Positions 48,859 through 60,531 of a DNA stretch of 64,000 bases are shown piece by piece (position 1 is the stretch's first letter; each line of letters begins with the position of its first letter). Below the pieces are notes generated by a model. The model searched no databases and was not told the DNA's origin. It was given only the letters and a program-made list of their open reading frames with translations. A program made the position numbers and the translations under genes. Origin of the DNA: Squalus acanthias (lineage: Eukaryota); the NCBI GenBank assembly GCA_030390025.1, contig CM059453.1, positions 6,262,001 through 6,326,000 on the forward strand, in the 5' to 3' direction.

Positions 48859-50442
48859 TTGATTGAGGTGTACAAAACTATGATGGGCATAGATATAACG
48901 GACCTTTTCCCCTCAGTAGAGGGGTCAATAACCAGTGGTCATATTTTCAACGTAAGGGGCAGGAGGTTTAGAGGGGATTTGAGGAAAAACCTTTTCACCC
49001 AGAGGGTGGTTGGAATCTTGAACTCACTGCCTGAAGGGGTGGTGGAGGCAGGAACCCTCACTATATTCAAGAAGCATTTAGATGAGCACTTGATACGCCA
49101 TAGCATACAAGGCTACGGACCAAGTGCTGGGAAATGGGATTAGAATAGACAGGGCTTGATGACCCCTGCGGACACGATGGGCCGAAGGGCCTCTTTATGT
49201 GCTGAATAAATCTATGACTTAATGACTAATAGAGAGGTTTGATGAAGGTAGTGCAGCAGCTGTTGTATATATGGACGTTAAAAAGGATTGGATGAAGTAC
49301 CTCATAACAGATCTATTCGGAAAGTCGAAGCACATTTTATTTAAGGGACGGTGGCAACTTGAGTATGAAATTGGCTAAGGGATAGGAGGCAGAGTGAAGT
49401 GGTGAACGGCTGTTTTTCTGACAGGAGTGAAGCATGCTGTGGTATCCCCCAGGGGGTCGATCTTAGGACCATTGCTATTCTTGTTCTATATAAATGACCT
49501 GGATATCGGTATTGGGAGTAACGTTTCGGAGTTTGCGGGTGATACAAAACTTGGCAACATATTAAATAGTGAGCATGATTGTAGCAGACTTCAGGAGTAC
49601 ATCGACAGACTGGTAAAATGGGCAGATGCAATTTGCTGCGGATAAGTGTGAAGTAATGCACTTTGGGTGAAATGTATGGAGAGGCAATATAATCTAAATA
49701 GTCCCATTTTGAGGGAGGCTGCAAGAACAGAGGGACATGGGATACTTATTCACAAATCTTTGAAGATGGCAGTGTAAATTGACAAGGTGTTTAAAAAGAA
49801 AGCTTATAGGATAATTCGGTTCTTTTCACATAGGGACATTGAATACAAAAACAGGGAAATCATGTTCAAGGTTTACAAATCTCTGGTTTGGCCTCAGCTG
49901 GAGTTTTGTGTACAGTTCTCGGCACTACACTTGAGGAAGCAGTTCCAGGCCCTGGAGGAGGTACAGAAGAAGTTTGCCAGGATAATACCAGGGATGAAGG
50001 CGTTAAGATATGTGGAGAGACTGGAGAAGCTGATATTGTACTCCCTGTAGCAGATAAGGATAACGGGAGACCTAATAGTGCTATTCCAAAGTGAGGTGTT
50101 TTGATAGAATTATTAAGGAGAAACCATACCCTCTGGCACGTGGGTTGGTAATCAAAGGTCTCAGATGTAAACCAATTTGCATAAGAACACGTGGGGAAAT
50201 GAGGAGATATGTCTTCACCCAGAGAGTTGATAAGATTCAGAATGCACCACCTGAAAGGATGGTGGAATCCGATTAAATGGGAAATTTGAAAAAGCATTTG
50301 GAGCTGTCCTAAAACAAGACTGATTTACAGGGTTCTGTGGAAAAAGGAAGGGAGTGAGACTAAATTTTATAGCTCTTTCAAAGAGCCGGCACAGGCGTGG
50401 TGGGCCGAATGCCCTCCTTCTGTGCTGTAAGATTTTATGATT
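48859..50442 (+). mobile_element. Two adjacent CR1 LINE fragments (48859-49225 3' end; 49230-50442 RT to 3' end)
   Basis: FTQRVVGILNSLPE; GSILGPLLFLFYINDLD, FAGDTKLG; LVWPQLEFCVQF. Confidence 0.88.
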
Positions 50443-50606
50443 CTATTCTGCAACACACTCATGGATATTATGCAGTGTACCAGCCCTGCCGCTGTAGCCT
50501 GTGACTTGGGCCGAGAGTAACATGAAATCTTTACATTTTATGCTCAAGTTAATTGGCACTGAGGAGATGGAAGATAATCTATAAAGGAACAATTCAAAAA
50601 ACTTAC

Positions 50607-51397
50607 ATAAAATAGGAAGTGTGACCTTAGACCCGGAAGAAAATCCTTCTGTTGTATTCTGGGCGGTGATGATCTTCAATATGAAATAACAGTCACCTTG
50701 ATCGCACTTGCTGATGTCCTTCAACCGTAAGGAACATTGTTTCTTTACAAATTCGGCGGTGAACTGAGCTCGCCCTCCATATTTCAAGGGCACGTTATCT
50801 GAATCCCGGGAATCATAGATAATCGAGACCCCTGAGGTTCCAGGTCAGGAACCTCCTTTAACCACATACCCTGTGGACTAAGGCCAGAGGCGGGATAATC
50901 AAATGTACACGGGATCTCTGCACATGACCCGTTCACCGCCGGCACCTTCACAGACCATCGGGAACTATGGACAACTGGTGAAAAAACAGAAATTAAACAC
51001 CCATTAAACACCCATTGAAATTCGCAATATTATAGCAATTTAAACATACCCTGACCGTCAAGTTAAATACTATTAATTTAACCTTTAAACACCCACTAAC
51101 ATATTCATTAGTACATCTAATGAAATTCGTGCAATTTTCTCCAAAACTCTTTAAATTCTATTAAATATTCCATTTCAAACTAATAAATCATAGCGTAATT
51201 ATCAAATCAATCCTATATAATACATAATAAAGTTCCAAATAAAACATACATTAAATACGAACTGTGTGAATGCACAAATGATTGACTAACCGTATGTTTT
51301 GTCTAAAATATTATTATTTTGTCTGAGAAAAATTATTAAAAATGAATATTTTACCTTCGCTAAATATCCGAATGGAAATACATCTAATAATCTTCAT
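50607..51397 (-). pseudogene. Siglec-like pseudogene C (leader 51397-51355; frameshifted V-set exon 50974-50607)
   Basis: Leader MKIIRCISIRIFSE, 43 nt, with GT donor. V exon GSCAEIPCTFDYP...W / GRAQF...KKQCSLRLKDISKCDQGDCYF is 368 nt (out of frame). No C2 exons before the gene A upstream region. Confidence 0.85.
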
Positions 51398-54334
51398 GAC
51401 TGGAGGCGGTTGACGATGTAAAAATGACATAAATAGTTTTTATCTCAGATATTATTGATGTAGTTTCTGTGTTCGGTTCGCCGGTACTGAATCGAATCAC
51501 AATAATATGAGGTCAGCTGTTCTCCACCCACCAATCATTGGGAACCGTGGTAGCTCACACAGCTTTCGCCACTCCTCAAATGTCGGTGGTCTAAACTGCT
51601 GGAAATCTGGGACTCCTCAAATATAACAGTTTACATCAATGTGTGGCCCGCTGTTGCAGGATATATGAGGCTCACCAACTGCAAAATAACCCTGAGCAGA
51701 GATACATCCAGCCCCCTCAACAGCTGCAAAGATACAGGACAGGCAGGGGCACTTTAGATTGCAATATCTAAAATAGACTTCTACATCAACTTTAGACGCC
51801 TCGACTCTCAACACCCACACACATAGATATTTATCCGCCCTTGAACTGCGAGTGTTTGAAGTGTGAAGCTGTGGTTAGTCCTGTAGCCGTTGTCTGCAGA
51901 CGTGTGGGTTGATCACCTTCAGTAGTTCGGGGCACAACACGTATCTGAAATGTCAAATGTTTAATGTTTCTCAGAAAACAGTTTCAAGAGCGTAAAGTGC
52001 AATTCTTAGAAGTGACTTCAGTTCTTTATATTAGCAGTCCAGCGAGATGAAATCTGCTGAAATTAACTCATTGAAATCCCAATTGCTACAATGACGGGTT
52101 TATGAAGATTCTGACTTTAATGCTAAAACTGTGAGGTGTGACGTGAGCTTTCAGATTGGAGTGTCAATGTTGCTGGAAATAACGCGGATATTTTTATCTA
52201 ACGGAACAAATCCCTGCGAACTGCTCAGTGGGATCAAATCCTGGATACAATCGGGAACCTCATTCGCACACTGTCCAGCTTCAAGCTGGGCGCATTTGGA
52301 ATCAGATTATGGAGCAGAATTAGTTCAGATTATTTGGAAGGTGAGAGAACCGGATCACTGCTACCATTCAAAGGTTAGTAATCAATCACTACCTTAACTT
52401 ATAGATCTCAGTAAAGCACCTCGGATGAGACGCGTGCAGTTTACACAACTCACTCTGTCCCATTTTCACAATTCTAAATCTGAAATCCGTTACACTTTCC
52501 TGAGCAAATTGTTTATTTTTCTGGCGCTCACCCATTACAATATTTTGCACGTTCTATTCATACTAATTGAACTTCTCAACACAGCAAAGATATTTAATTC
52601 TCCAGGTTCTTCTGACGCACACAAGGAGTTGGTCACAGCAGCCTCATTACTCAGGACTCTTGAACATCCCGGGCACACACCCATTGAAGAACAGCAGGAA
52701 CTGTTGACAAGGCATAACAGGTCAGTCGCTGTCTTTGGGGTGAAGATGTCAGTGGACATTTTGGGTATGTAATTAATCAGAATTGAAAATGGAAGATAAT
52801 CAAATTGTTTAGTAAGGCGAGAAAGAAGAAGTCTTGACGAGACAACAGAGGCCGATATTACAGGATTAGGATCACTCGCTTACAAACCTGTTGGTACAAG
52901 TCTAGTAGAACATATAAACTATCATCAGGCTATGAGTGGAAATACATTATAAGACCTGAGGAATGTGTAAATAATGCAGAGGATGATAATTGTCCGAGAG
53001 GGAAACTGCGTGTGGAGCTCTGAATGTGACTATTTAAGCCTTATATTATGCATACGCACTAAATTGAACATTCAGTCCATTGCGATAACAGTTTCCCTGA
53101 AATATCGCTGGGTTCCGGAATTCGGGAAAGGGAACGTTGCCTTCTCGGGAGTGCCCCGTGATTAATCCACTCCCTCAAGGATAAAAATAAGTGAATGAGA
53201 ATCAATGAGGGTGAATTTCACACAGGCAAGATGCAGCGTCCTTGGGATCAATGGCCATTCCTCTTTTAATATACTCATCTTCTTATTATTCACTAGAATA
53301 GGATTTCAAAATCACTGATGAAATGATGACATATCCAATGAGAGCCCATTCGCTGTTGGCTGTCATGTCTGCGATTGATGTCACTTCCGGTGAGACCACA
53401 GATTCCCCCAGCCTTCCCTCTTTCTAATTACACTTCTTTAAACCCCCCTTTTAACTGCTACTGTCAACCCCTTAATAAAACCAATATTTATCCACATTGC
53501 TACAGCTCCTGTTCACCCCCTTCATGATCCGCCTTAGATCTCCATTTTAAACCCCAATTAGATCACTTTTAATCCCCCTGTGTATACCCGTTTGAAATCG
53601 CAGTTGCTCACCTTTTTTTATCCCCTTTTAATTCCCTTATTTGAGAGAGAGAGGGAGGAAGTGAGAGAGAGAGAGAGAGAAAGCCAGAGGGTGAATTACA
53701 TTTACATAATTAAATAGAAACAAAAGCCAGTATGTTTATGCTCCTGATGAGCCTTCTTCCACCTTACCTCTTCTAACCCTTCTATGTATTTCTCCCACAT
53801 GTACCTGTCTACCTTCCCCTTAAATGTACCTGTGTTATTCGCCTCAACCACTCCCTGCGGTAGCAAGTTTCACATTTTCACCACGCTGGGTAATGAAGCT
53901 TCTACTGAATCTCGACTGGATTTATTGATGACCTGAATAGATTTATGACACCGAGATTTGGAATCCCCACAAATAGGGATACCTTCTTTACATCTACCCT
54001 CAAAAACCCTATCGTAATTTTCAAGGCCTCTATAAGGCCACAGCTCAGCCTTCTCGTTTTCTAGAGAAAGAAGAGAGAAGAGAAGTCAAAATGTGTGAGA
54101 GACAGTCTGACAGAGAAAGTCTGAGCAAGCAAGATGGAATATGTGGTAAGATCTAGGGTCCAGTCTGGTTTTACCGAGCACTTCAGGGATGTGACTGCGT
54201 ATACAGGGCCCAGTTTTTGTATATTAAACAAATAAGAGGTGAAAATCATCATTGGGACAACCATTTTTTTGGCGGTTTGAGGGGGGTTGAGATCCAGGGC
54301 CTAGTTTGTTTTGTTCTTCTGTTCAGATTGTGGA

Positions 54335-54545
54335 CCCAGTTTGGGATTACTGACTAGTTTAGGGATGTGTGTTCAGAGCCAGGTCTCAGTTGGGTTTTAC
54401 TGACTAGTTTAGGAATGTGTGTTCAGACCCAGGTCTCAGTTGGGCTTTACTGACAAGTTTAAGGGTGTGTGTTCAGACAAAGACTCAGCCTGGCTTTACT
54501 GACTAGTTTAGGGATGTGTGTTCAGACCCAGGTCTCAGATTGCTT
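54335..54545. repeat. ~49-bp tandem repeat (TTACTGACTAGTTTAGGGATGTGTGTTCAGACCCAGGTCTCAGTTGGG), 4-5 copies
   Basis: Directly visible; degenerate reverse-complement relatives at 9170-9310, 13390-13555 and 15890-16090. Confidence 0.85.
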
Positions 54546-55059
54546 TAACAATAAAATAAGCCATAATGTCTGGTCAATCCCAGAGTGGCGGTTGGTGCAA
54601 TGCACCCTGCTCAATGAAACTCCACACAAGGCCCAGTTTGCTTTGAGGCCGAACGTTGAAATGATGTGTGTTCAAATTCGGGGCTCAGTTTGGGTTTAAC
54701 GCAGACAGTTCATATGGAGCAGGCTCAGTTTCTCACTCGTTGCGGCTGCACCGAGTTGGGATTGTTTACACGGTGTGCCAGTATAGCAACAGAGGGGAGG
54801 TGTGAAGTGCTGGGTTCTATTCAGCGCCTCTGTAGTTGTGGTTACTGCAGCACACAGCACACTGCTATCTATGACGTTCTTCGGTGTGAATTATTCTGTA
54901 CAATTGAACCAGAATGAGTTTATTTGCGGTCAGGCTACATCCGCTTAGAGAGAAAGCTGAATTTTTAAAGTACCTGTTTTGTTTTCAGCTCCACGTTTAA
55001 ACTGTAATTCAAATTGAAATCTCAGAACATCCATCTTCACAATATGTGGCATCTGAATC

Positions 55060-55460
55060 AAGATGTCGTGGGTTCCAAGTCCCACTCCAGAGCCTTGAGC
55101 GCAAAATCCAGGTTGACATTCCCAGTGCACTACTGAGGGAGTGTTGCACTTGCGCAGAAGCTGCCTTGCAAATTAGACAGTAAACTGATGCCTCTTTGGT
55201 GCCTGAAAAGATACCAAGCCACTCCTTCTGAAAATTGGAGTGTAGTTCTCCCCGGTGTCCTGGGTCAGTATTTATCCCTCGATCAACCACAATTTACAGA
55301 TTATCTGGTCGATATCACATTGATGATTTTGGGGGACCTTGTTGTACGCTAAAATGGCTGCTGCGATTCCAACGTTACAATACTTCAAAAGTACTTCATT
55401 GGCTGTAATGCGCAATTGGATGTACTGTGTTTGTGAATGGCGATATGTAAATACAACGGC
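55060..55460 (+). mobile_element. DeuSINE-like SINE
   Basis: B-box-like gtgggttccaagtccc, then the same core as 8380-8765 in the opposite orientation. Confidence 0.7.
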
Positions 55461-55544
55461 CTCGAGTATCCGCTCGAATGGGGTACTTTTCGACGCAATT
55501 ACCCTGAGATCGGCGTAGTTTAAAAAAAAAATCGCGCTAGAACT

Positions 55545-55950
55545 TGGCAGTTGGGGGTATTTAAATTCAGTGCATTAAATAAATCTGGAATTAAAAAGCT
55601 AGCATCAGTAATGGTGAACATTCCACTATCAGATTGTTGTAAAATCACATCTGTTTCACTGATGTCCTTTAGGAAAGGAAATCTGCCGTCCTCACCTGAT
55701 CTGGCCTATATGTGACTCCAGACCGACAGCGATGTGATTGACTCTTTCCTGCCCTCTGAAAAGGCCTAGCAAGCCACTCAGTTCTACCAAACCACTGCGA
55801 AAATGTCAGCACTGTGGGAGTACCTTCATCAAACGGACTGCAGCGGTTCAAGAAGGTGTGTCACCACCACCTTCTCAAGGGCAATTTGGGGTGGGCAATA
55901 AATACCGGCCTTGCCAGCCACGCCCACATCCCAGGAAAGAATAAATAATT
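55545..55950 (+). mobile_element. Second SINE family (MetaSINE-like core, tentative) with a LINE-derived tail
   Basis: Core ttcactgatgtcctttaggaaaggaaatctgccgtcct...gtgactccag; the tail ggactgcagcggttcaagaagg also occurs at 12400-12510. Confidence 0.55.
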
Positions 55951-57239
55951 AAAAAAAAGAAGCAGGCCCATCCAGACTACTGGATGAGTTAATCTCCTTT
56001 TAATTAAGCTGGATTTTCTTAGGAACTAATATGTACATTTTGAAAGATATTGATGAAAAAAAATAATCCTAAGGAATTGACTACTGTATCCCATTCTAAC
56101 CAGAACATAGTTTTTACTATATTTTTTAAAGTAATTTTCAGTCAATTATAATTGGTTACTCATAGTTGGTGGATTGACACCGTGATTCAAAATGATTCTT
56201 TTTTGTGAAAATCACATTTTCAGCTGTATTAATCAAACTTTAACAATTTAACACTCTTAAAAATATCCAGGTATATTTTAAGGAAACATTTTTTTAAAAA
56301 GCATTATGGTAGAATGTGGAACTCGATAACGCAAGGAGTAATTGTGGCGAATAGCATAGGTACATTCAAGGAGAAGCCAGAACAACATATGAGGGAGACA
56401 GGAATAGAAGGTTATGCTGATTGAGTAGATGAATTAGGGAGGGAGATTTTGTTTGTGGTGCATAAACACCGACATATACAAGTGGGCCCAATGGCCTGCT
56501 TCTGTGCTGCCCATTCTATGCAATTCTATGTAACATTAAAACGTCACCAACACACAGAGATGCTAGATGGAATCTCCCTACTATAGCAACACCATCACGA
56601 ACGCAGAAATCCCGTATCTAGTGTGAATGGAAATGTTTCCCAAGTTGGCTGACGTTACAAAGCTAGGACGGACAGAAAACTGATAGGAGGACACGAAGAC
56701 TCTGCAAACTGACACTGAATTTCAGCCATGGTTTTGTCCCCTTTGTAAATTGGAAATAACTGTACTAAGACTGCTTTCCTATATGTTAAGTTCATCAGAA
56801 ACCAAAATAAGGAAATGTAAATATACAATCCCCTGTACACAGCTCAGCACCTGTAGCACATGTTGAATCACTTAATGCAACTGAGATGTGTTGCGAAACA
56901 ACGGCTCCTCTTCATATGATAGAGTGTTTAAATTACCAGGGAACAATCCATATTGAAAGCAGGCGATGAATGGCCTGACTTGATATATGTTTACAGGTAT
57001 AATTCCGAGAGCATACACTTCACATTCGGATCTGTCCGCTTTTGTCTGATATTTCAATTCAGCCTAAATCTGCTCTTTCAATTACCCCAAGTATTCTGGC
57101 TCAATTTTCAGGATTACTTCGTGTTATCTTCTCAGAATATCTCCTTGACCACCATCCCAGGAGCAACCTGAAATAGATGTAAAATGTGTTTTTTTTAGCT
57201 TGTTTAGCAGGTTGAGCAAATGCTCAAAAGTAAAAAGTT

Positions 57240-57660
57240 CATAAGGTCATAGGTAATAGGAGCAGGAGTAGGCCATAAGGGCCCTCGAGCCTGCTCCACC
57301 ATTCAATAACATCGTGGCTGATCTTCGACTTCAACTTCACTTTCACTCCCAATCTCTATACCCGTTGAGTCCCTTGATATCCAAAAATCTAGATCAGCCT
57401 TGAATATACGCAACAATTCGGCATCCACAGCGCTTTGGGATAGAGAATTCCAAAGATTCATAACCCTCTGAGTTAAGAAATTCCTCGTCTTCTCAGCCTT
57501 AAATGGCCGGCACCTTATCCTGAGACTATGCCCCCTAGTTCTAGACTCTGCTGCCCGGGTAAACAACCTCTCAGCATCTACCCTGTCAATCCCCTTCAGA
57601 ATCTTATATGTTTCAATGAGATCACCTCTCATTCTTCTAAACTCCAGTGATTATAGTCCC
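57240..57660 (-). mobile_element. CR1 LINE 3' end
   Basis: MRGDLIETYKILKGIDRVDAERLF...RTRGHSLRIR. Confidence 0.9.
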
Positions 57661-58329
57661 AATCCACTCTACTTCCTCTCCCATCTATCCTTCCTCTTGC
57701 ACTGTGCCGATATTTAAAGCCATATTTTGTCCTAATCAAACTGCTTGAGTTCTCTCATTCATTCTTCCATTTCCCTTCTTCTCTGCTTCAAGGCCACTAT
57801 AGACATGCATGTTTTTCAAAAGTTCATTTCTTATTACCGTTACTTTCTCAATGTTTATCTTATCCCTTCCTGTTCACATATCTTTACAGTCTCCCTCTCG
57901 CTCTCTTCCTCTCCCATTCTCTTCTTGCCTAGTTCTACCAGGCGTAGTAAAGGTGTCAGGGATTTTCCAATGGTGGCTTAATTGCAAACTGCACCCAGAA
58001 TACGCTGGAAATTGCGCCACTTTTGACAAAATGAAGTTACGTTCAAGTTTCCCCTCACACTCATTAGCATAATCCCCCAATGTAAACTCTCCAATGAATC
58101 ATCGTAATTTGAGCGGAATCGATGCCTGACTGGAACAAGGGGCGTTTCTGCAGCATCACAAAGCGGGGTGGGACTCCTGTGAAATTAGCTTTTGTTACAC
58201 TTCTCTGATTGGCCAGTGAGGATGACGTGACACTAATTTAATAAAAATTAACGCATTTGCCCCATTTTTACGCCCACTCAAAAAGGTCCAAGTTGTCATT
58301 AAATATAAGGAGAAACTTTGTGAAGTTAA

Positions 58330-58620
58330 ACCATTGTTGGACGTGTTGACAATGCACTCTGGTCCCTCCGGTGTCCACCGGTCGCGGAAGGCCTCAAGCA
58401 TACCGGCATTCAAGGCATGCTCCAACTTCATTGACACCCGAATGTGGATATAGCCGCGGATGGGAGGCAGGCAGTCGGACCAAATGGTCGCCTGGACCAG
58501 GTGCTGCCTGGACCTGTGAATGGCCACCTTGGCCAGGCCCAGGAGCAGACCCACGAGGAGGTCCTCCGACTTCCCGTCCGCAACGGGTGGCCAATGAGAA
58601 TTAATGCATCTCCCGACATT
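58330..58620 (-). mobile_element. Tx1/L1-clade retrotransposon 3' fragment
   Basis: SEDLLVGLLLGLAKVAIHRSRQ...EAFRDRW. Confidence 0.75.
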
Positions 58621-59469
58621 GACCACACTGATCTGTTTGTGCGGAGCTATTGCTTCAATCAATTTTATCTGTGTCTGTTACAGCAATATTTGTATTTACG
58701 ACAGGAACCTTCAGTCCATTTCACACGTCCCAGACCTCATAACTAAATTTCAATGAAAGCACTGCAACAAAGAGGGTGGCATTTTTGTTAAGTTCTGTCA
58801 AATTACGGAGCTTGAGTGTGAATGTACAGAGTTAAATTATTAGAAGAAAGGCTGCTTACCACAGCGTCAAACGGTTTACTGTCAAACAGCCCTATCTAAG
58901 ACGTCACAGATGCATATTGGAGTGCTCATTAACGAAGGGGACGAAACCACACGTCTGCAGACTGCAGCAAGCTAACTAACTGCAGTGACACCTCTCCAAC
59001 ATTCAGCTCGTATTAGCTGCCAGGAGGCGGAATATGTGTGAAATGTGATTCAGAGGCGTCTGCAAGCGTGGGCGGTGCCATTCTGACACAGACGCCAATA
59101 TATCAATATCATAAATAACAGTACATTTGGTGTTTGTGTGAGTTTGTTCGAGAGAGAGAGAGATGTTGTTTCTGTATTAAGTATTCTTTTGCAACGGTTA
59201 AAAATACCATAACATCATATTGTGTAACAGGCGGTCACACGCAGCTCATGTACAAGATGTGTTAGCTGCCTACCTCATCAACGGAGCTGATTGAGTGAGC
59301 ACTGTTCCTGCAGATAGGTAGGAACCGAATCGGACTTCCCCGATAGTCTGATCCTGATTAGCAAAGAAATCCAAGATGTGACTGGAAAGAAGAATGCTGA
59401 AATCTGAATGGTGTTTATTGTGAACTGGGTTCTTCATTTTGCGAGTGAAATCGGCAGCAGTTTCCAGCC

Positions 59470-59512
59470 ATGAGGAGTTCCGTGCTGCTGCCTCTCATAA
59501 TGTTGACAGAAG
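59470..59512 (+). CDS. Siglec-like gene B leader exon (MRSSVLLPLIMLTE)
   Basis: gccATG, 43 nt, |gtacat donor. Confidence 0.9.
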
Positions 59513-60150
59513 GTACATTTCTGCTTTTTTTTTTACAATTTCAGCAAGTGATTTCTATCTTGTGGGAAAGGAACAGGAAAATAACGATTATGAATGATTT
59601 TTTTGTTATTGATTTCAGAACTTGTGAAATAGGAATTTCATGATTGTTTAACTTGTGCGTTATTGTTGTTTTATAGCGTTTGTAGCCTACTCAAATAATA
59701 TTTAAATACTGTGATTTTCAAGTTATTTTTATTATAATGCACATTTAATATCATTTACTTCATATTGATTGAGTGATTCCAAGGAGATTCAATAGATGTT
59801 TAATATTTATTTCGATCAATATTTTAATGTATATTTGATGATAATTTTTATTGGGCGTTCGCTTACTTGTTAGTGGATATGTATTCGTTTTTTAGATGAG
59901 TATTAAATATGTATATTACCGATTCATAAATCTCCTATCAAATAGGTATTCCTATGGCCATTTCAATAGGTGTTGTGATTGGAAATTTTTCAGTATTTTT
60001 TTCTTGATTTTGAAAAGACCTTCACTGATATTTTAATTGCTATTGTGATGGGCGATAATTTGTCAATTAGCAAATACTTTAATGGATGATAAAGATGCTG
60101 AAATGCATTTTGAATGGCTAATTAAAAAGTGTCTAATTTATTTTTCTCAG

Positions 60151-60531
60151 TTGTTTTTAGTGCTGAATTCGCTCTGCTGATGCCAAAAGTTGTGTCGGCG
60201 GTGGCCGGTACATGTGCAGAGATCCGGTGTACGTTTGATTGTCCAGACTTTCGGGGAATCGCGGGTGTGACGTGGTCAAAGAGGGGACCTGGTTCTGGTA
60301 ACCCCGGCTTCTCCATTATCTATGATTCTAAATATCCATACGGGCAGCATTATAACTATAGTGGAAGAGCTGAGTTCACGGGCAAAATTGCAAAGAAACA
60401 ATGTTCCCTCCTGCTAAAGGATATCAGGAAGAGTGATGAGGGTACATACCAACTCAGCATCGAGATCGCTTCGGACAGGTCTACTAATAGACGTCGCACT
60501 CTGCGTACTGACGTATTTCTTTCTGTTTTAG
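60151..60531 (+). CDS. Gene B V-set exon (intact)
   Basis: 381 nt, phase 1-1; GTCAEIRCTF...W...GRAEFTG...QCSLLLKDIRKSDEGTY Siglec V-set cysteine pattern. Confidence 0.93.
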
